Part shown: positions 1-9,464 of the stretch, piece after piece
How positions within the stretch are numbered: position 1 is the stretch's first letter
How the letters are laid out: each line of letters opens with the position of its first letter
Source of the DNA: Candidatus Poribacteria bacterium
GTDB lineage: Bacteria; Poribacteria; WGA-4E; PCPOR2b
Direction: 5' to 3'
DNA length: 64,000 nt
Assembly (NCBI GenBank): GCA_965218095.1
Contig: OZ244587.1
Coordinates: forward strand, 608,001 to 672,000
The notes under the pieces: generated by a model
Database searches by the model: none
The model's input: only the letters and a program-made list of their open reading frames with translations
Told to the model about the DNA's origin: nothing
Program-made: the position numbers and the translations under genes

Positions 1-123
1 AAAGTCCACGGCGTCGAGGGGCTGCGAGTAGCTGACGCTTCGATCATGCCCGACTGCGTCCGCGCCAACACCAACGTGACTTCGATGGTCATCGGAGAAC
101 GGGTAGCGGATTTCATTCGGTAG
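1..123 (+). CDS. GMC oxidoreductase (choline dehydrogenase family), C-terminal end only
   Basis: Frame 1 reads KVHGVEGLRVADASIMPDCVRANTNVTSMVIGERVADFIR*, the typical GMC_oxred_C tail; truncated by the window edge. Confidence 0.85.
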   Translation, partial: KVHGVEGLRVADASIMPDCVRANTNVTSMVIGERVADFIR

Positions 124-167
124 GGGCTTATTATCTGAAGGCCATCGTGTGTCTGAGCATATGAGCA

Positions 168-229
168 GCCTAACAAAGGCATAGAGCGAGACGCTCCTTC
201 CGTCGCGCCGCCCACGCCGGATGTTAGGT
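168..229 (+). mobile_element. Integron attC-like recombination site (62 bp)
   Basis: GCCTAAC (RYYYAAC) at 168-174 and GTTAGGT (GTTRRRY) at 223-229, with imperfect inner inverted boxes CATaGAGC/GCCCACG and a central hairpin. Confidence 0.65.
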
Positions 230-254
230 CACACAAAACGTCATAGAAGGGAAG

Positions 255-671
255 ATGATGATGTTACCCATACTTGTTGCACTTATAACCATCGTTATTC
301 TATCGGTAATTGCACTCTACGTATACAACACACGCACGATGTCCGACGATATGCAGGAAGTCCTAGCGTACACCTTTAAGTGCGACATGTTGCTTGAGGA
401 AATACGGCAGCGTTTGAACGCGAATATGCCCTGGAAATGGCGCTAGCGTGATAGCGAGTACTACAGCGACTACATCAGCACCCGCGCCAAAGAGGATTAT
501 TCGATGCTCAAGATCTTCGTTGAGGAAGATTGCTTCGTATTTGACATCTTGTTCGAGTCAAGCGGTCCTCAGGCGTAGAGCGAGTGAGACACGCTGCACG
601 CCACCATACTGGACGATGTGCTTCCCTCACTCGGGCCCCGGGACGTGCAGCCGACGGATAACTACGGATAG
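255..671 (+). pseudogene. Decayed cassette-like gene for an N-terminally membrane-anchored hypothetical protein
   Basis: The 63-aa ORF continues in frame past TAG 444-446 as RDSEYYSDYISTRAKEDYSMLKIFVEEDCFVFDILFESSGPQA*SE*DTLHATILDDVLPSLGPRDVQPTDNYG*. Confidence 0.5.
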
Positions 672-853
672 CCGCATGTCAAAGACCTTGCAATGGGAAA
701 AATTACAAGGATTACCTTGAAAGGGTCAATCGTTTGATCCGGTCGAGAATTAAATGACCCTCCATTTGCGCATATTCTGTCTTGACAGTCGATAGACCAC
801 ATGCTATACTGCCGAAGGACAGAAACACCAATCCCACCAATGAGGTGTACACC

Positions 854-1153
854 GTGAATCTCAAACGCATGATCTTTTGCCTCACCTCGCTTTTCCTGCT
901 TTCGGCCATTGCTTCTGCATAGCAGGCGCCGAAAGCAGATATTCAGGTGTTGTTGGAGAAGATAACCAACCGAGATAACCGAAATGGATAGGCGTCTCAC
1001 AAACCGATGATAGTGACGGGATTGACCGAAGTTCGGTCGGTGGAAGATGAGCAATTTCTGTATAATCTCCACCTCGGCGTGGCGGAAGCCGGAAAGGCGG
1101 AAGTGAGTAAGGCATTCCAAGCCGCCGTGAACGCCCAGTTGGCGGCGTTCTGA
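854..1153 (+). pseudogene. Decayed gene for a secreted protein
   Basis: GAGG RBS then GTG; signal peptide VNLKRMIFCLTSLFLLSAIASA followed by in-frame TAG at 920-922 and 989-991. Confidence 0.4.
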
Positions 1154-1291
1154 ACGACTCTTTTCCTCCACGGTGTCCGGGAGGAGATGCGCGGGGACGG
1201 CGGTCTTACCGCTGCTGCGCCGCATCGCCGATGAAACGGGGGGAACCCCACTGTCAAGAAAAAAATATTGCTTCACCGAAGGAGGAAAACT

Positions 1292-2248
1292 GTGAGTTTC
1301 GTTACGTTTCAGGGAATTTTGGCTGCACGTCGCGTCGTTTACCGTTTTCTAAAACCGACGCCGTTAATTCACTATCCGGAACTGTCGGAGATACTTGGCT
1401 TCAAGGCTTACATCAAGCACGAGAACCATCAACCAACGGGGAGCTTCAAGGTACGAGGCGGCTTGAATTTTATGAGCCAACTCCCGGAAGATCAGAAGCA
1501 GCGAGGCGTGATAACCGCAACGCGCGGGAATCATGGACAGTCGATTGCTTATGCAGCAAAGCAACTCGGCGTCCACGCCACAATTGTTGTCCCACACGGA
1601 AATAACCCAGAGAAGAACAGCGCAATGCGGACTTATGGCGCGGAATTGATTGAGCACGGCGCCGATTTTGATGAAGCGCGGGAGTTGTGCGAGAAACTGC
1701 AAGTCGAACGTGGACTCCGTTACGTCCACCCCGCCAATGAACCTGCCCTCTTGCACGGTGTGGGGACGTATTCGCTCGAGCTCTTTGAGGAGCTGCCGAA
1801 TGTGGATGCGATCATTGTGCCGATCGGGGCAGGGAGCGGTTCTTGTGGAGCAATTACGGTAGCGAGAGCGATTAACCCAAACGTCAAAGTCATCGGTGTG
1901 CAAGCGGAAAATGCACCGTCGGTTTACCTCTCATGGAAGGCGGGCCGAAAGATTGAGACGGATTCATCCAATACTTTTGCCGATGGCCTGGCGACGCGCG
2001 TCACGTTCGATCTCCCATTTTCGATTCTCAAAGATGGAATCAGCCAGGTCCTTTTGGTGAGTGAGGCAGAGATTCGGGAGGCGATTCAGATGGCGCTACG
2101 GTACACACACAACCTAGCGGAAGGGGCAGGGGCCGCGCCGATTGCAGCTGCCCGAAAGCTGAAGGCTGGGCTCGCAGATCAGAACGTTGTGATGGTCATG
2201 AGTGGTGCGAATCTGGATACGGAAACCCTCAAGTGGGTGTTGGCGTGA
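1292..2248 (+). CDS. Threonine/serine ammonia-lyase (PLP-dependent, no regulatory domain)
   Basis: KHENHQPTGSFKVRGG PLP-lysine motif, ATRGNHG, VPIGAGSG, SGAN; GGAGG RBS before GTG 1292. Confidence 0.9.
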   Translation: MSFVTFQGILAARRVVYRFLKPTPLIHYPELSEILGFKAYIKHENHQPTGSFKVRGGLNFMSQLPEDQKQRGVITATRGNHGQSIAYAAKQLGVHATIVVPHGNNPEKNSAMRTYGAELIEHGADFDEARELCEKLQVERGLRYVHPANEPALLHGVGTYSLELFEELPNVDAIIVPIGAGSGSCGAITVARAINPNVKVIGVQAENAPSVYLSWKAGRKIETDSSNTFADGLATRVTFDLPFSILKDGISQVLLVSEAEIREAIQMALRYTHNLAEGAGAAPIAAARKLKAGLADQNVVMVMSGANLDTETLKWVLA

Positions 2249-2342
2249 AAGGGGATAAAGGATGCCAAGAGAACGATTTCTACGTACCTCGTGCAAAGGC
2301 AAATATATCGGGTGGCAATAGAAAAAATCGGTATCAGAGGAG

Positions 2343-3740
2343 ATGCACATGCGTCATGAAAATCCATATCTACAAATTGACCGACAGATCGTGGGTGACA
2401 TTTACACATCGCGTGAGGTGATGGACAACCTCACGGTGTTGTGCGACGACTTTGGATCACGGTTCGCAGGCACGCCAGAGGAGCGCAAAGCCGCGGACTT
2501 CATCTGCGAAACTTTCAACCGCTACGTCCTCAAAAATGCTCGATTGGAGGCTTATTCCTACGCGGGTTGGTCGCGGGGACAGGCGACATTGGAAATCGTC
2601 GAGCCGATCCAAAAGTCGCTGCACTGCATTTCGTTGCCGTATTGTCCTGCGAACGACATCACAGCCGAATTGATCTCCGCGGGCTACGGCAGCCCGGCAG
2701 AGTATGAGGGCTTAGGCAAGGAGATGAAAGGACAAATTGTGATGGTAGGCAGCGCGTCTCCTCCTGACCTGGGGCGGTGGGTACATCGCAAGGAGAAATA
2801 TGAGCGTTCCGTGCTCGGCGGCGCCAGCGCCTTTATTTTCATCAGCGAGCACCCCGGTGTTGGTCCCGAGACAGGCAGTCTGCAAAACGACCGTCCTGCG
2901 CCAATTTCGGGTATCTCAATCTGCAAAGAGGATGGTGAGTTCCTCATACGATTGATGGAACGGAAAGGGCAAGTGAGACTGCGCCTCCACACAACCGACA
3001 TCAACGAGCCACGAACATCATGGAACGTCATTGCAGATCTGCCAGGAAATGGGAATCCCGATGAAATGGTCATTCTCGGCTGTCACTACGACGGACACGA
3101 CATTTCTCAAGGAGCAGGCGATCCGGCCTCCGGCATGGTACTCGTCATCGAAGCGGCGCGAGTGTTGGGTTTGTACGCCGACGACCAACTCAAGCGAACC
3201 GTACGATTTATTGGTTTTGGTACGGAGGAGATCGGGCTGACCGGCGCGTTTCGCTACGCGGATGCCCACGAAGGCGAGCTCGAAAATGTGCGATTCATGT
3301 ACAATCTTGACGCGGCGGGTGGCTCAAGTCGAAAAGGAGTCGTGCTGCATCAGTGGCCGGAGTTAGCGTCTTTCTTCCGAGGTGCCGCCAAAGAGATGAC
3401 AGACCATGTCCCTGTTGGCCAAAAGGTGCACCCGTATTCCGATCACTTCCCCTTCGTCCTGAAAGGTGTCCCGACGGGCCACATGGGCGACCCCGACACC
3501 CCACCGGCGGGCAGAGGGTTTGGGCACACGGCGTATGACACGCTGGACAAGGTGGAGTTGGAGAACCTGCGAAAAGGGAGCGCGATGGCAGCACGGTTGG
3601 CGTTGCGAATCGCTAATGCCGACGACTTCCCTGCCCAACGCCGCAACACCGAAGCGGTGCAGGAGCTCCTCAACACCGATCCGGGGCTAGAAGGATACCG
3701 TGTGTCGCTGGAGTTGGCAAAGCATCGTCAAACGCCGTAG
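2343..3740 (+). CDS. M28 family aminopeptidase/carboxypeptidase with PA domain
   Basis: GCHYDGHD, GAGDPASG, GTEEIGLTG, SDHFPF and GHTAYDT zinc-ligand motifs. Confidence 0.85.
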   Translation: MHMRHENPYLQIDRQIVGDIYTSREVMDNLTVLCDDFGSRFAGTPEERKAADFICETFNRYVLKNARLEAYSYAGWSRGQATLEIVEPIQKSLHCISLPYCPANDITAELISAGYGSPAEYEGLGKEMKGQIVMVGSASPPDLGRWVHRKEKYERSVLGGASAFIFISEHPGVGPETGSLQNDRPAPISGISICKEDGEFLIRLMERKGQVRLRLHTTDINEPRTSWNVIADLPGNGNPDEMVILGCHYDGHDISQGAGDPASGMVLVIEAARVLGLYADDQLKRTVRFIGFGTEEIGLTGAFRYADAHEGELENVRFMYNLDAAGGSSRKGVVLHQWPELASFFRGAAKEMTDHVPVGQKVHPYSDHFPFVLKGVPTGHMGDPDTPPAGRGFGHTAYDTLDKVELENLRKGSAMAARLALRIANADDFPAQRRNTEAVQELLNTDPGLEGYRVSLELAKHRQTP

Positions 3741-3757
3741 AGAAGGAAACTCAGAAG

Positions 3758-4490
3758 ATGCGGAGCAACTACCTCGACGCAGCCACGGCAATATGGCAGG
3801 AATGCCGCGATTTCTTGAAACGTCACCCGTGTGCGATTCTCCCGCTTGGCGCGACAGAGCAGCATGGACCACATCTGCTGCAAAACACAGACACGCTCCT
3901 CGCCGAAGCCCTGGCGAACCACGTCGCTCAACAGAGCGTTGGCCTGGTGCTGCCTCCCCTGCCGATTGGATATTCGTGGGTCTGGCGAGACTATCCGGGG
4001 TCGCTGACCCTTTCGTTTGACACCTTCCGTGCTGTCATCAAAGACATCGCACGCAACCTCAACCGCAATGGCTGTCGGACGCTGCTCGTCATCACGACGC
4101 ACAGCGCGAATCCGCAGCCGCTCAAATACACCGCCCGCGAACTCGCCGACGAAATCGAGATGCGGATACTCCGCGCCTTCTATCCCAATCTGAGCAACAT
4201 CATTGCGGACGCGGAATCCCCGACCTGGCTGCCGAGGAACTTTCACGTCGAGGAGTTTGAAACGTCGTTGATGCTGTATCTGCCCTGAATTGGTGCAGAT
4301 GGAAAAAGCCGTGAGCGAATACCCGCCGCATTCAATGGGATATGAGATGTCTACACTGCCGATGGGCGCATTGAGCGAGTCCGGCGTGTTTGGCGACGCG
4401 ACTGTGGCGACGGCGGAAAAGGGTAAGCGGTGGTTCAATGCGTGTGTAGAAAACATCGTCGAAGTTTGGGAGGAGTTTCTGAGTTCATGA
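3758..4490 (+). pseudogene. Creatininase/creatinine amidohydrolase family, frameshifted near 4285
   Basis: PLGATEQHGPHL and EFETSLM motifs; the C-terminus (ELVQMEKA...SGVFGDATVATAEKGK) continues in another frame. Confidence 0.8.
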
Positions 4491-4501
4491 ATTCAGTCTT
4501 C

Positions 4502-4536
4502 CAAACCTTCCAAAGGTTTGAAACCTTCGGAAGGTT
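4502..4536. repeat. Tandem AACCTTCNNAAGGTT palindromes; related single copies at 12648-12662, 42152-42166, 44865-44879, 44948-44962
   Basis: caaaccttccaaaggtttg-aaaccttcggaaggtt read directly; family members are intergenic. Confidence 0.6.
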
Positions 4537-4557
4537 AAATTACCTGGAGGCGATTGA

Positions 4558-5487
4558 ATGTCAAAAATAATGACCGTGCGAGGTGAAGTCGCCGGTGAAG
4601 ATCTCGGGATTGTAGATTATCATGAACATCTGTGCTTTGACGCACCGGATTGGCTGCTGCGGGAGGACCGAGATTTCCGCTTGAACGATGTCGAGAAGTC
4701 AGCGGAAGGACTGTAGACATAGGCACAGGCTGGCGGTAAGACGATGATTGAGATGTCGGCGATTGACTTCGGGCGGAACATCCACAAGGTCAAGCAGGTC
4801 GCCGAGCGCGTCCCCGAAGTTCACGTCATTGTCATCACCGGCTTCAACAAGCCGTACTTCTGTGATCAGTGGGTATGGGAAACCGATGAGACGGAGTTGG
4901 TGAAGCGGTGCGTGCGCGACATCGTTGAGGGCATCGACGGAACGGATGTGAAAGCGGGCATCATGAAGGGCGGCAGCGGTTACAATACTTTCACGGAGTA
5001 CGACCAAAAGTTGATGCGGATGGCGGGGACGGTTCACAAGGAAACGGGCGTACCGATCATTACCCACACCGAAGCGGGGACGATGGGATACGAGCAGGTG
5101 AATTATCTCGCGTCACAGGGAGTGGAACCTCAACGCGTGTGCTTGAGCTATCTTGACCGCAACCCCGACTTCTGGGAGCATCGGCGTATCGCGGAGACCG
5201 GCGCGTATCTGGGATACGACTGCCCCGGCAAGGTGAAATATGGTCCCGACGAATTGCGTATCAATGTCTTGAAACGATTGATTGATGCAGAGTTCGGCGG
5301 GCAGATCTTGTTAGGCAACGATCTCGGGCGACCAAGCTACTGGCGCAGCTACGGTGGCGGGCCGGGGCTGGATTTTGTGCTAACAAAGTTCATCCCGCGT
5401 TTGCGCGATGAGGGCCTGAGTGAAGGCGCAATTAACGACATGCTGGTGAACAATCTGCGTCGTTTCTTAACGGACAAAGGAAATTAG
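4558..5487 (+). pseudogene. Phosphotriesterase-related (Php/YhfV-like) amidohydrolase with two in-frame TAG stops
   Basis: ATG 4558 after GGAGG gives MSKIMTVRG...DYHEHL; in-frame TAG at 4714-4716 and 4720-4722; later PIITHT and LLGND; SYLDR where SHLDR is expected. Confidence 0.8.
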
Positions 5488-5546
5488 AGGAAGGCTGGTT
5501 TAAAGATTGAAAGCGAAGTTTCGCTGCTACGGGAACAGTTCAATCA

Positions 5547-5765
5547 GTGGCTTGCGCAACAGGAGCGTCCGTCCGAACCCGCACTACCGTGCAATTTGTC
5601 GATAAAGAAAAACTTCGGCCACTTACGGCTAGAATCTTTGAAAAAACGGGCATTCATGGTGAGCCAATCAGCGCGGAAGAACTACAGAAGATGGTTGCAG
5701 CTTGTGGAGTGAAACCAGAGGGTAATATCTTCAGTCGAGGCATTATTGAGATGCGTGAGGAGTAG
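5547..5765 (+). CDS. Small hypothetical protein, probable orphan antitoxin-like remnant
   Basis: Ends ...NIFSRGIIEMREE*, resembling small proteins that precede PIN toxins; no toxin follows. Confidence 0.35.
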   Translation: MACATGASVRTRTTVQFVDKEKLRPLTARIFEKTGIHGEPISAEELQKMVAACGVKPEGNIFSRGIIEMREE

Positions 5766-5775
5766 CAATGAATCA

Positions 5776-5803
5776 TTTACGCATTACGTTTCACGTTTCA
5801 CGC
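5776..5803. repeat. Heptamer tandem repeat family (TTTCACG/TATCACG/TTTTACG); also at ~7615, 8880, 36772, 40322, 42491, 43652, 48208, 58008, 60060
   Basis: tttacgc-attacgt-ttcacgt-ttcacgc and similar runs read directly. Confidence 0.7.
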
Positions 5804-5819
5804 AAAGCGAGGTGAAACA

Positions 5820-7310
5820 ATGGCGCTGGTTATGGGGATCGATCTCGGCACCTCAAGCACCAAGACGGTTTTGATGGACGACGCGGGTCAGGTTGTGTCC
5901 ACGGCGAGCGCCAACTATCCGTTGTTCACGCCACAGGCGGGATGGGCGGAACAGAATCCGAGCGATTGGTGGGAAGCGTTGTGTGACACGAGCTGTCAAG
6001 TCATCCAAGATCTCAAAACTCGCCATCCGTCTCGCTCCGTTCACGACATCAAAGGGGTGGCGCTCTCGGGCCAGATGAACGGCGCGGTGCTTGTAGATGC
6101 TGAAGGTCATCCGATGCGTCCCGCGATTGCCTGGTTGGATGGGCGCTCGAAGCGGGAGTGCGACGAAGCGAATCAACAGGCAGGCGACCTGTTCCGCAAA
6201 CATGCCCTGCAAGTCCTCAATCCCGTCAACACGCTGGCAAAGATCCTCTGGCTGCGTGAGAACGAACCCGACCTTTACGCCGACGCCCGCTATGCCCTCA
6301 TTCCAAAAGATTGGGGGCGGTTTAAGCTGACTGGTGGCTTTGCGTCGGATGTTTCGGATGCTTCAGTGTCATCGGCGGCTGATCTCTACAAACGGGATTG
6401 GAGCAACGAGATTCTGGACACGGTGAAGGTACGGCGTGACCTCTTCCCGCCTGTCGTCGAGTCGCCAACCGTTGTCGGCGAAATCACAGCGAAAGCAGCA
6501 GAGGAAACAGGATTGGCTGTGGGAACGCCGGTATGCGCAGGCGGGGGTGATATGGCGTGCATGGCGGTCGGCGGCGGCGTCATCAAGCCGGGGATTGTCA
6601 ACGTCGGGATTGGGACTGCGGGCCACGCCCTGACTTTCGCTGAAGACGTCAGCGACGCGGCGTTTGATCAGCTCTGGCCGATGTGCCATGCGGCGCCAGG
6701 AAAGTACTTCTGGCTCGGATGCACGTACACCGGCGGGGGGAGTCTGACATGGCTCCGTGACCGGTTCGGCGAAAGTTTCGAGGACTTGACCGTTCAGGCT
6801 GAAGACGCGCCAGTCGGCAGCGATGGGCTGTTTTTCATGCCATGGTTTCAGGGAGCGGCAACGCCGAATCCCGACGCCCATGCGCGCGCTGGCTGGATCG
6901 GCCTGACGCTGCACCACACGAAGGGACACATGATTCGTGCGTTGATGGAGGGCGTGGCATTCGATCTCCGGCACTCGCTCGAATGCTTCAAGCGGTTGGG
7001 CTTGCCGATTGACGAACTCCGCATCGGCGAGGGCGGCGCGAAGTCGGCGCTCTGGCGGAGCATTCAAGCGGATGTCTTCGGTCAAGATGTGCGGATGATG
7101 GAGACGCGGGACGCTTCCGCTATCGGCGCCGCGATTATCGTGGGAGTTGGCGTTGGGGTATTCGAGGATTTCGAGTCTGCGTGCGAGCGGGTGATTGTGC
7201 TGGGTGAGACAGTCAGGTGTGAGGCAGATCGGGTGGCGCAATACGAGGGGTGCTATCGGCGGTATAGCCACTTGTATCCGAGTCTCAAGGATTGGTTTCA
7301 CAACGTGTAG
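5820..7310 (+). CDS. xylB: Xylulokinase (FGGY carbohydrate kinase)
   Basis: GIDLGTSSTK, SGQMNG, GGGD, GIGTAG, RALMEGVAF, GEGGAKSALWRSIQADV. Confidence 0.8.
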   Translation: MALVMGIDLGTSSTKTVLMDDAGQVVSTASANYPLFTPQAGWAEQNPSDWWEALCDTSCQVIQDLKTRHPSRSVHDIKGVALSGQMNGAVLVDAEGHPMRPAIAWLDGRSKRECDEANQQAGDLFRKHALQVLNPVNTLAKILWLRENEPDLYADARYALIPKDWGRFKLTGGFASDVSDASVSSAADLYKRDWSNEILDTVKVRRDLFPPVVESPTVVGEITAKAAEETGLAVGTPVCAGGGDMACMAVGGGVIKPGIVNVGIGTAGHALTFAEDVSDAAFDQLWPMCHAAPGKYFWLGCTYTGGGSLTWLRDRFGESFEDLTVQAEDAPVGSDGLFFMPWFQGAATPNPDAHARAGWIGLTLHHTKGHMIRALMEGVAFDLRHSLECFKRLGLPIDELRIGEGGAKSALWRSIQADVFGQDVRMMETRDASAIGAAIIVGVGVGVFEDFESACERVIVLGETVRCEADRVAQYEGCYRRYSHLYPSLKDWFHNV

Positions 7311-7337
7311 GTTCTGCTCGCCTCAGTACTTCTTCAG

Positions 7338-7619
7338 TCAAGAACATACGAGCTTCAACCGTATCAGCAACTTCCTTATTTTCTTTTCAATCTCGTAATC
7401 TAATTTCTGATCAAACACCGAAAATGCCAGATCGTACCGATCGTTAAGCAACATTTTGGCAAACCCCCTGGAGATGATCCATACGTCTAATCCCTTAACG
7501 TGTTCATTGGGCTCCATCCAGATTTTGGGTTTAGGCTTAATGTGTGAAAACCCATCCGTGAGAACATCTTTGATTATGGCGATATCCTGCTTAAAATCCA
7601 TTGTCGTACCTCGAATCAC
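7338..7619 (-). CDS. Small hypothetical protein (accessory, AT-richer)
   Basis: ORF with GAGG-like RBS before MDFKQD; lies antisense between xylB and the enolase gene. Confidence 0.45.
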   Translation of the reverse strand: MIRGTTMDFKQDIAIIKDVLTDGFSHIKPKPKIWMEPNEHVKGLDVWIISRGFAKMLLNDRYDLAFSVFDQKLDYEIEKKIRKLLIRLKLVCS

Positions 7620-7726
7620 GTATCACGTATCACGTTTATAGTCTATCATTTCATCTGCGGTTCGTCAAGCAATGTTGTGAATCCAACGGCGATCAATCGC
7701 CTAACCACAACAGGAGGCAAGACACC

Positions 7727-8728
7727 ATGAAGATCACTCAAATCGAAGCGATACAGGTCAAAGTTCCGTATCATGAGGGCATTAACGAAATGATGACCCA
7801 GCGGAATCTTTACCAAGAGAACACCGTCTATAAAGTCCACACTGACGCAGGAATCGTCGGCATCGGGGATGACGGGAGACAGGCGGATGAGGAAATTCAG
7901 AAGTACATCGGCAGAGATCCGTTTGAATTCATGAACGGACACGCGCCGACGCCGCTGCAGCAGGCACTCTATGACATTATGGGGAAGGCGCTCGGTGTGC
8001 CGGTCTATCAACTCGTGGGCGAAAAGGTTCAGGATAAAGTGGCGATCGGATACTGGTCAATCGATATGCTATCCGCAGAGTGGGCGAATGAAGCCAAGCG
8101 TGCCTATTCGCTCGGATATCGGCTGCACAAAATCAAGGCGCGTCCCTGGCACGACATCATTGAACAGGTTCAAGCGATCTCCGCCGTAGTACCCTCCGAT
8201 TACAAGCTGCGAATCGACCCGAACGACTCGTTTGAGACGCCGGCGCGGACCATCGAAGTTGCGAAGCACGTTCGAGATTACAACACCGAAGCGTTTGAAA
8301 CGCCCATTCCCCAAAGCGATATCAACGGATACCTGGAGATTCGGCGGGGCTGTGATATGCCGATCACAATTCACTTCGGCAACCCCGACCCGGTCGATGC
8401 AATCAAGGCAGGCATGAATGATTCGTTCATCATCGCGTATCCGGACTCGCGAGCCGCCAACGCCAAGCGTGAAGCGGCGATTGCAGATTCTGCACATCTG
8501 CCTCTCTGGCTCCAGATCGTCGGACTGGGCATGACGACCACCTATCTGATCCATCTTGCTGCCACGATGCCCAATGCCACGATGCCATCGATTACGTTAA
8601 ACTGTCTGCGAGCGTTTGACATCATCACGCCGGCGATCCGGATGGAAGATGGCTATGCGACCGTGCCGGATAAGCCGGGCTTGGGGATCGAACTCAATGA
8701 AGACGCCCTCGAAAACTGCCGGGTGTAA
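7727..8728 (+). CDS. Mandelate racemase/muconate lactonizing enzyme family enolase
   Basis: AGGAGG RBS; MKITQIEAI, KIK, RIDPN, FETP, VPDKPGLGIELNE. Confidence 0.85.
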   Translation: MKITQIEAIQVKVPYHEGINEMMTQRNLYQENTVYKVHTDAGIVGIGDDGRQADEEIQKYIGRDPFEFMNGHAPTPLQQALYDIMGKALGVPVYQLVGEKVQDKVAIGYWSIDMLSAEWANEAKRAYSLGYRLHKIKARPWHDIIEQVQAISAVVPSDYKLRIDPNDSFETPARTIEVAKHVRDYNTEAFETPIPQSDINGYLEIRRGCDMPITIHFGNPDPVDAIKAGMNDSFIIAYPDSRAANAKREAAIADSAHLPLWLQIVGLGMTTTYLIHLAATMPNATMPSITLNCLRAFDIITPAIRMEDGYATVPDKPGLGIELNEDALENCRV

Positions 8729-8868
8729 ATCAGAGAGTTGTTGAGAACATCTGTCTATTTCCCTATAGGTTGACTGCGTGATGAGTGAGGAGTGATGAGA
8801 TCTCACTTGTCACTTCTCGCTCATCATTTTTCACCAAAATCACCCTTCAAAAACGTCAATTCAACATA

Positions 8869-9429
8869 ATGAGCCAAATTCACGCACTACGTTTCACGTT
8901 TCATGTTTCACGTTTTACGCAATACGCACTACTTACCCTCAGTCTGCTATTTCTGGGCTGTGGCGGCGGAATTAAACTAATTGATTTCCCCAAAAGCAGC
9001 GTAGCGCTCAACCTAACGAAAGAACAACAGGAGGTAATTAAACCTCAAATCGCGCTCCTCCAGGACATTGTTGAGGATTACAAGTTTGAAAAAAACGAAT
9101 TGGAGGCTGACTATCTCCGTTATCGAAGTAACGCCAGCCTATCTCGGGCAAGCCGATATGAAGGCGGGGGATTGAGCCGCGAGATTAGGCGTGAACGGAA
9201 TGAAATGAGAACCAAGCTCAGGGGCTTTGTCACGCAACGGAGAGAGTACGCCAAAGAGCTCTCGGGTCTGATCAGCGAGATTAGAGCCAATCTCACCCCT
9301 GCCCAGCTTGTCCTATTTGAAGAGATAAAATTGCCAGAGTTGGAACTGCCGAAGATGCTCAAAAGGCGTCCTTACGACGAATTTGGGCTAATCCCCGGCA
9401 CGCGACGGGGGAGACCAGGTGATTTTTGA
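8869..9429 (+). CDS. Putative lipoprotein, helical/coiled-coil
   Basis: Lipobox LLFLGC; the N-region is encoded by heptamer repeats. Confidence 0.6.
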   Translation: MSQIHALRFTFHVSRFTQYALLTLSLLFLGCGGGIKLIDFPKSSVALNLTKEQQEVIKPQIALLQDIVEDYKFEKNELEADYLRYRSNASLSRASRYEGGGLSREIRRERNEMRTKLRGFVTQRREYAKELSGLISEIRANLTPAQLVLFEEIKLPELELPKMLKRRPYDEFGLIPGTRRGRPGDF

Positions 9430-9464
9430 AACAGTACTTAGTCCTAAAAAAGGAGATACAAACG

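Noticed and set aside
662-1276. 204-aa minus-strand ORF
   Set aside because: No recognisable motifs; it is the antisense shadow of a plus-strand pseudogene with an RBS and signal peptide.
255-5487. TAG recoding or pyrrolysine readthrough explaining the in-frame TAGs
   Set aside because: Many intact genes end in TAG (e.g. 123, 3740, 7310, 57860), TGA stops and a frameshift occur in the same patch, and no pyl genes are seen.
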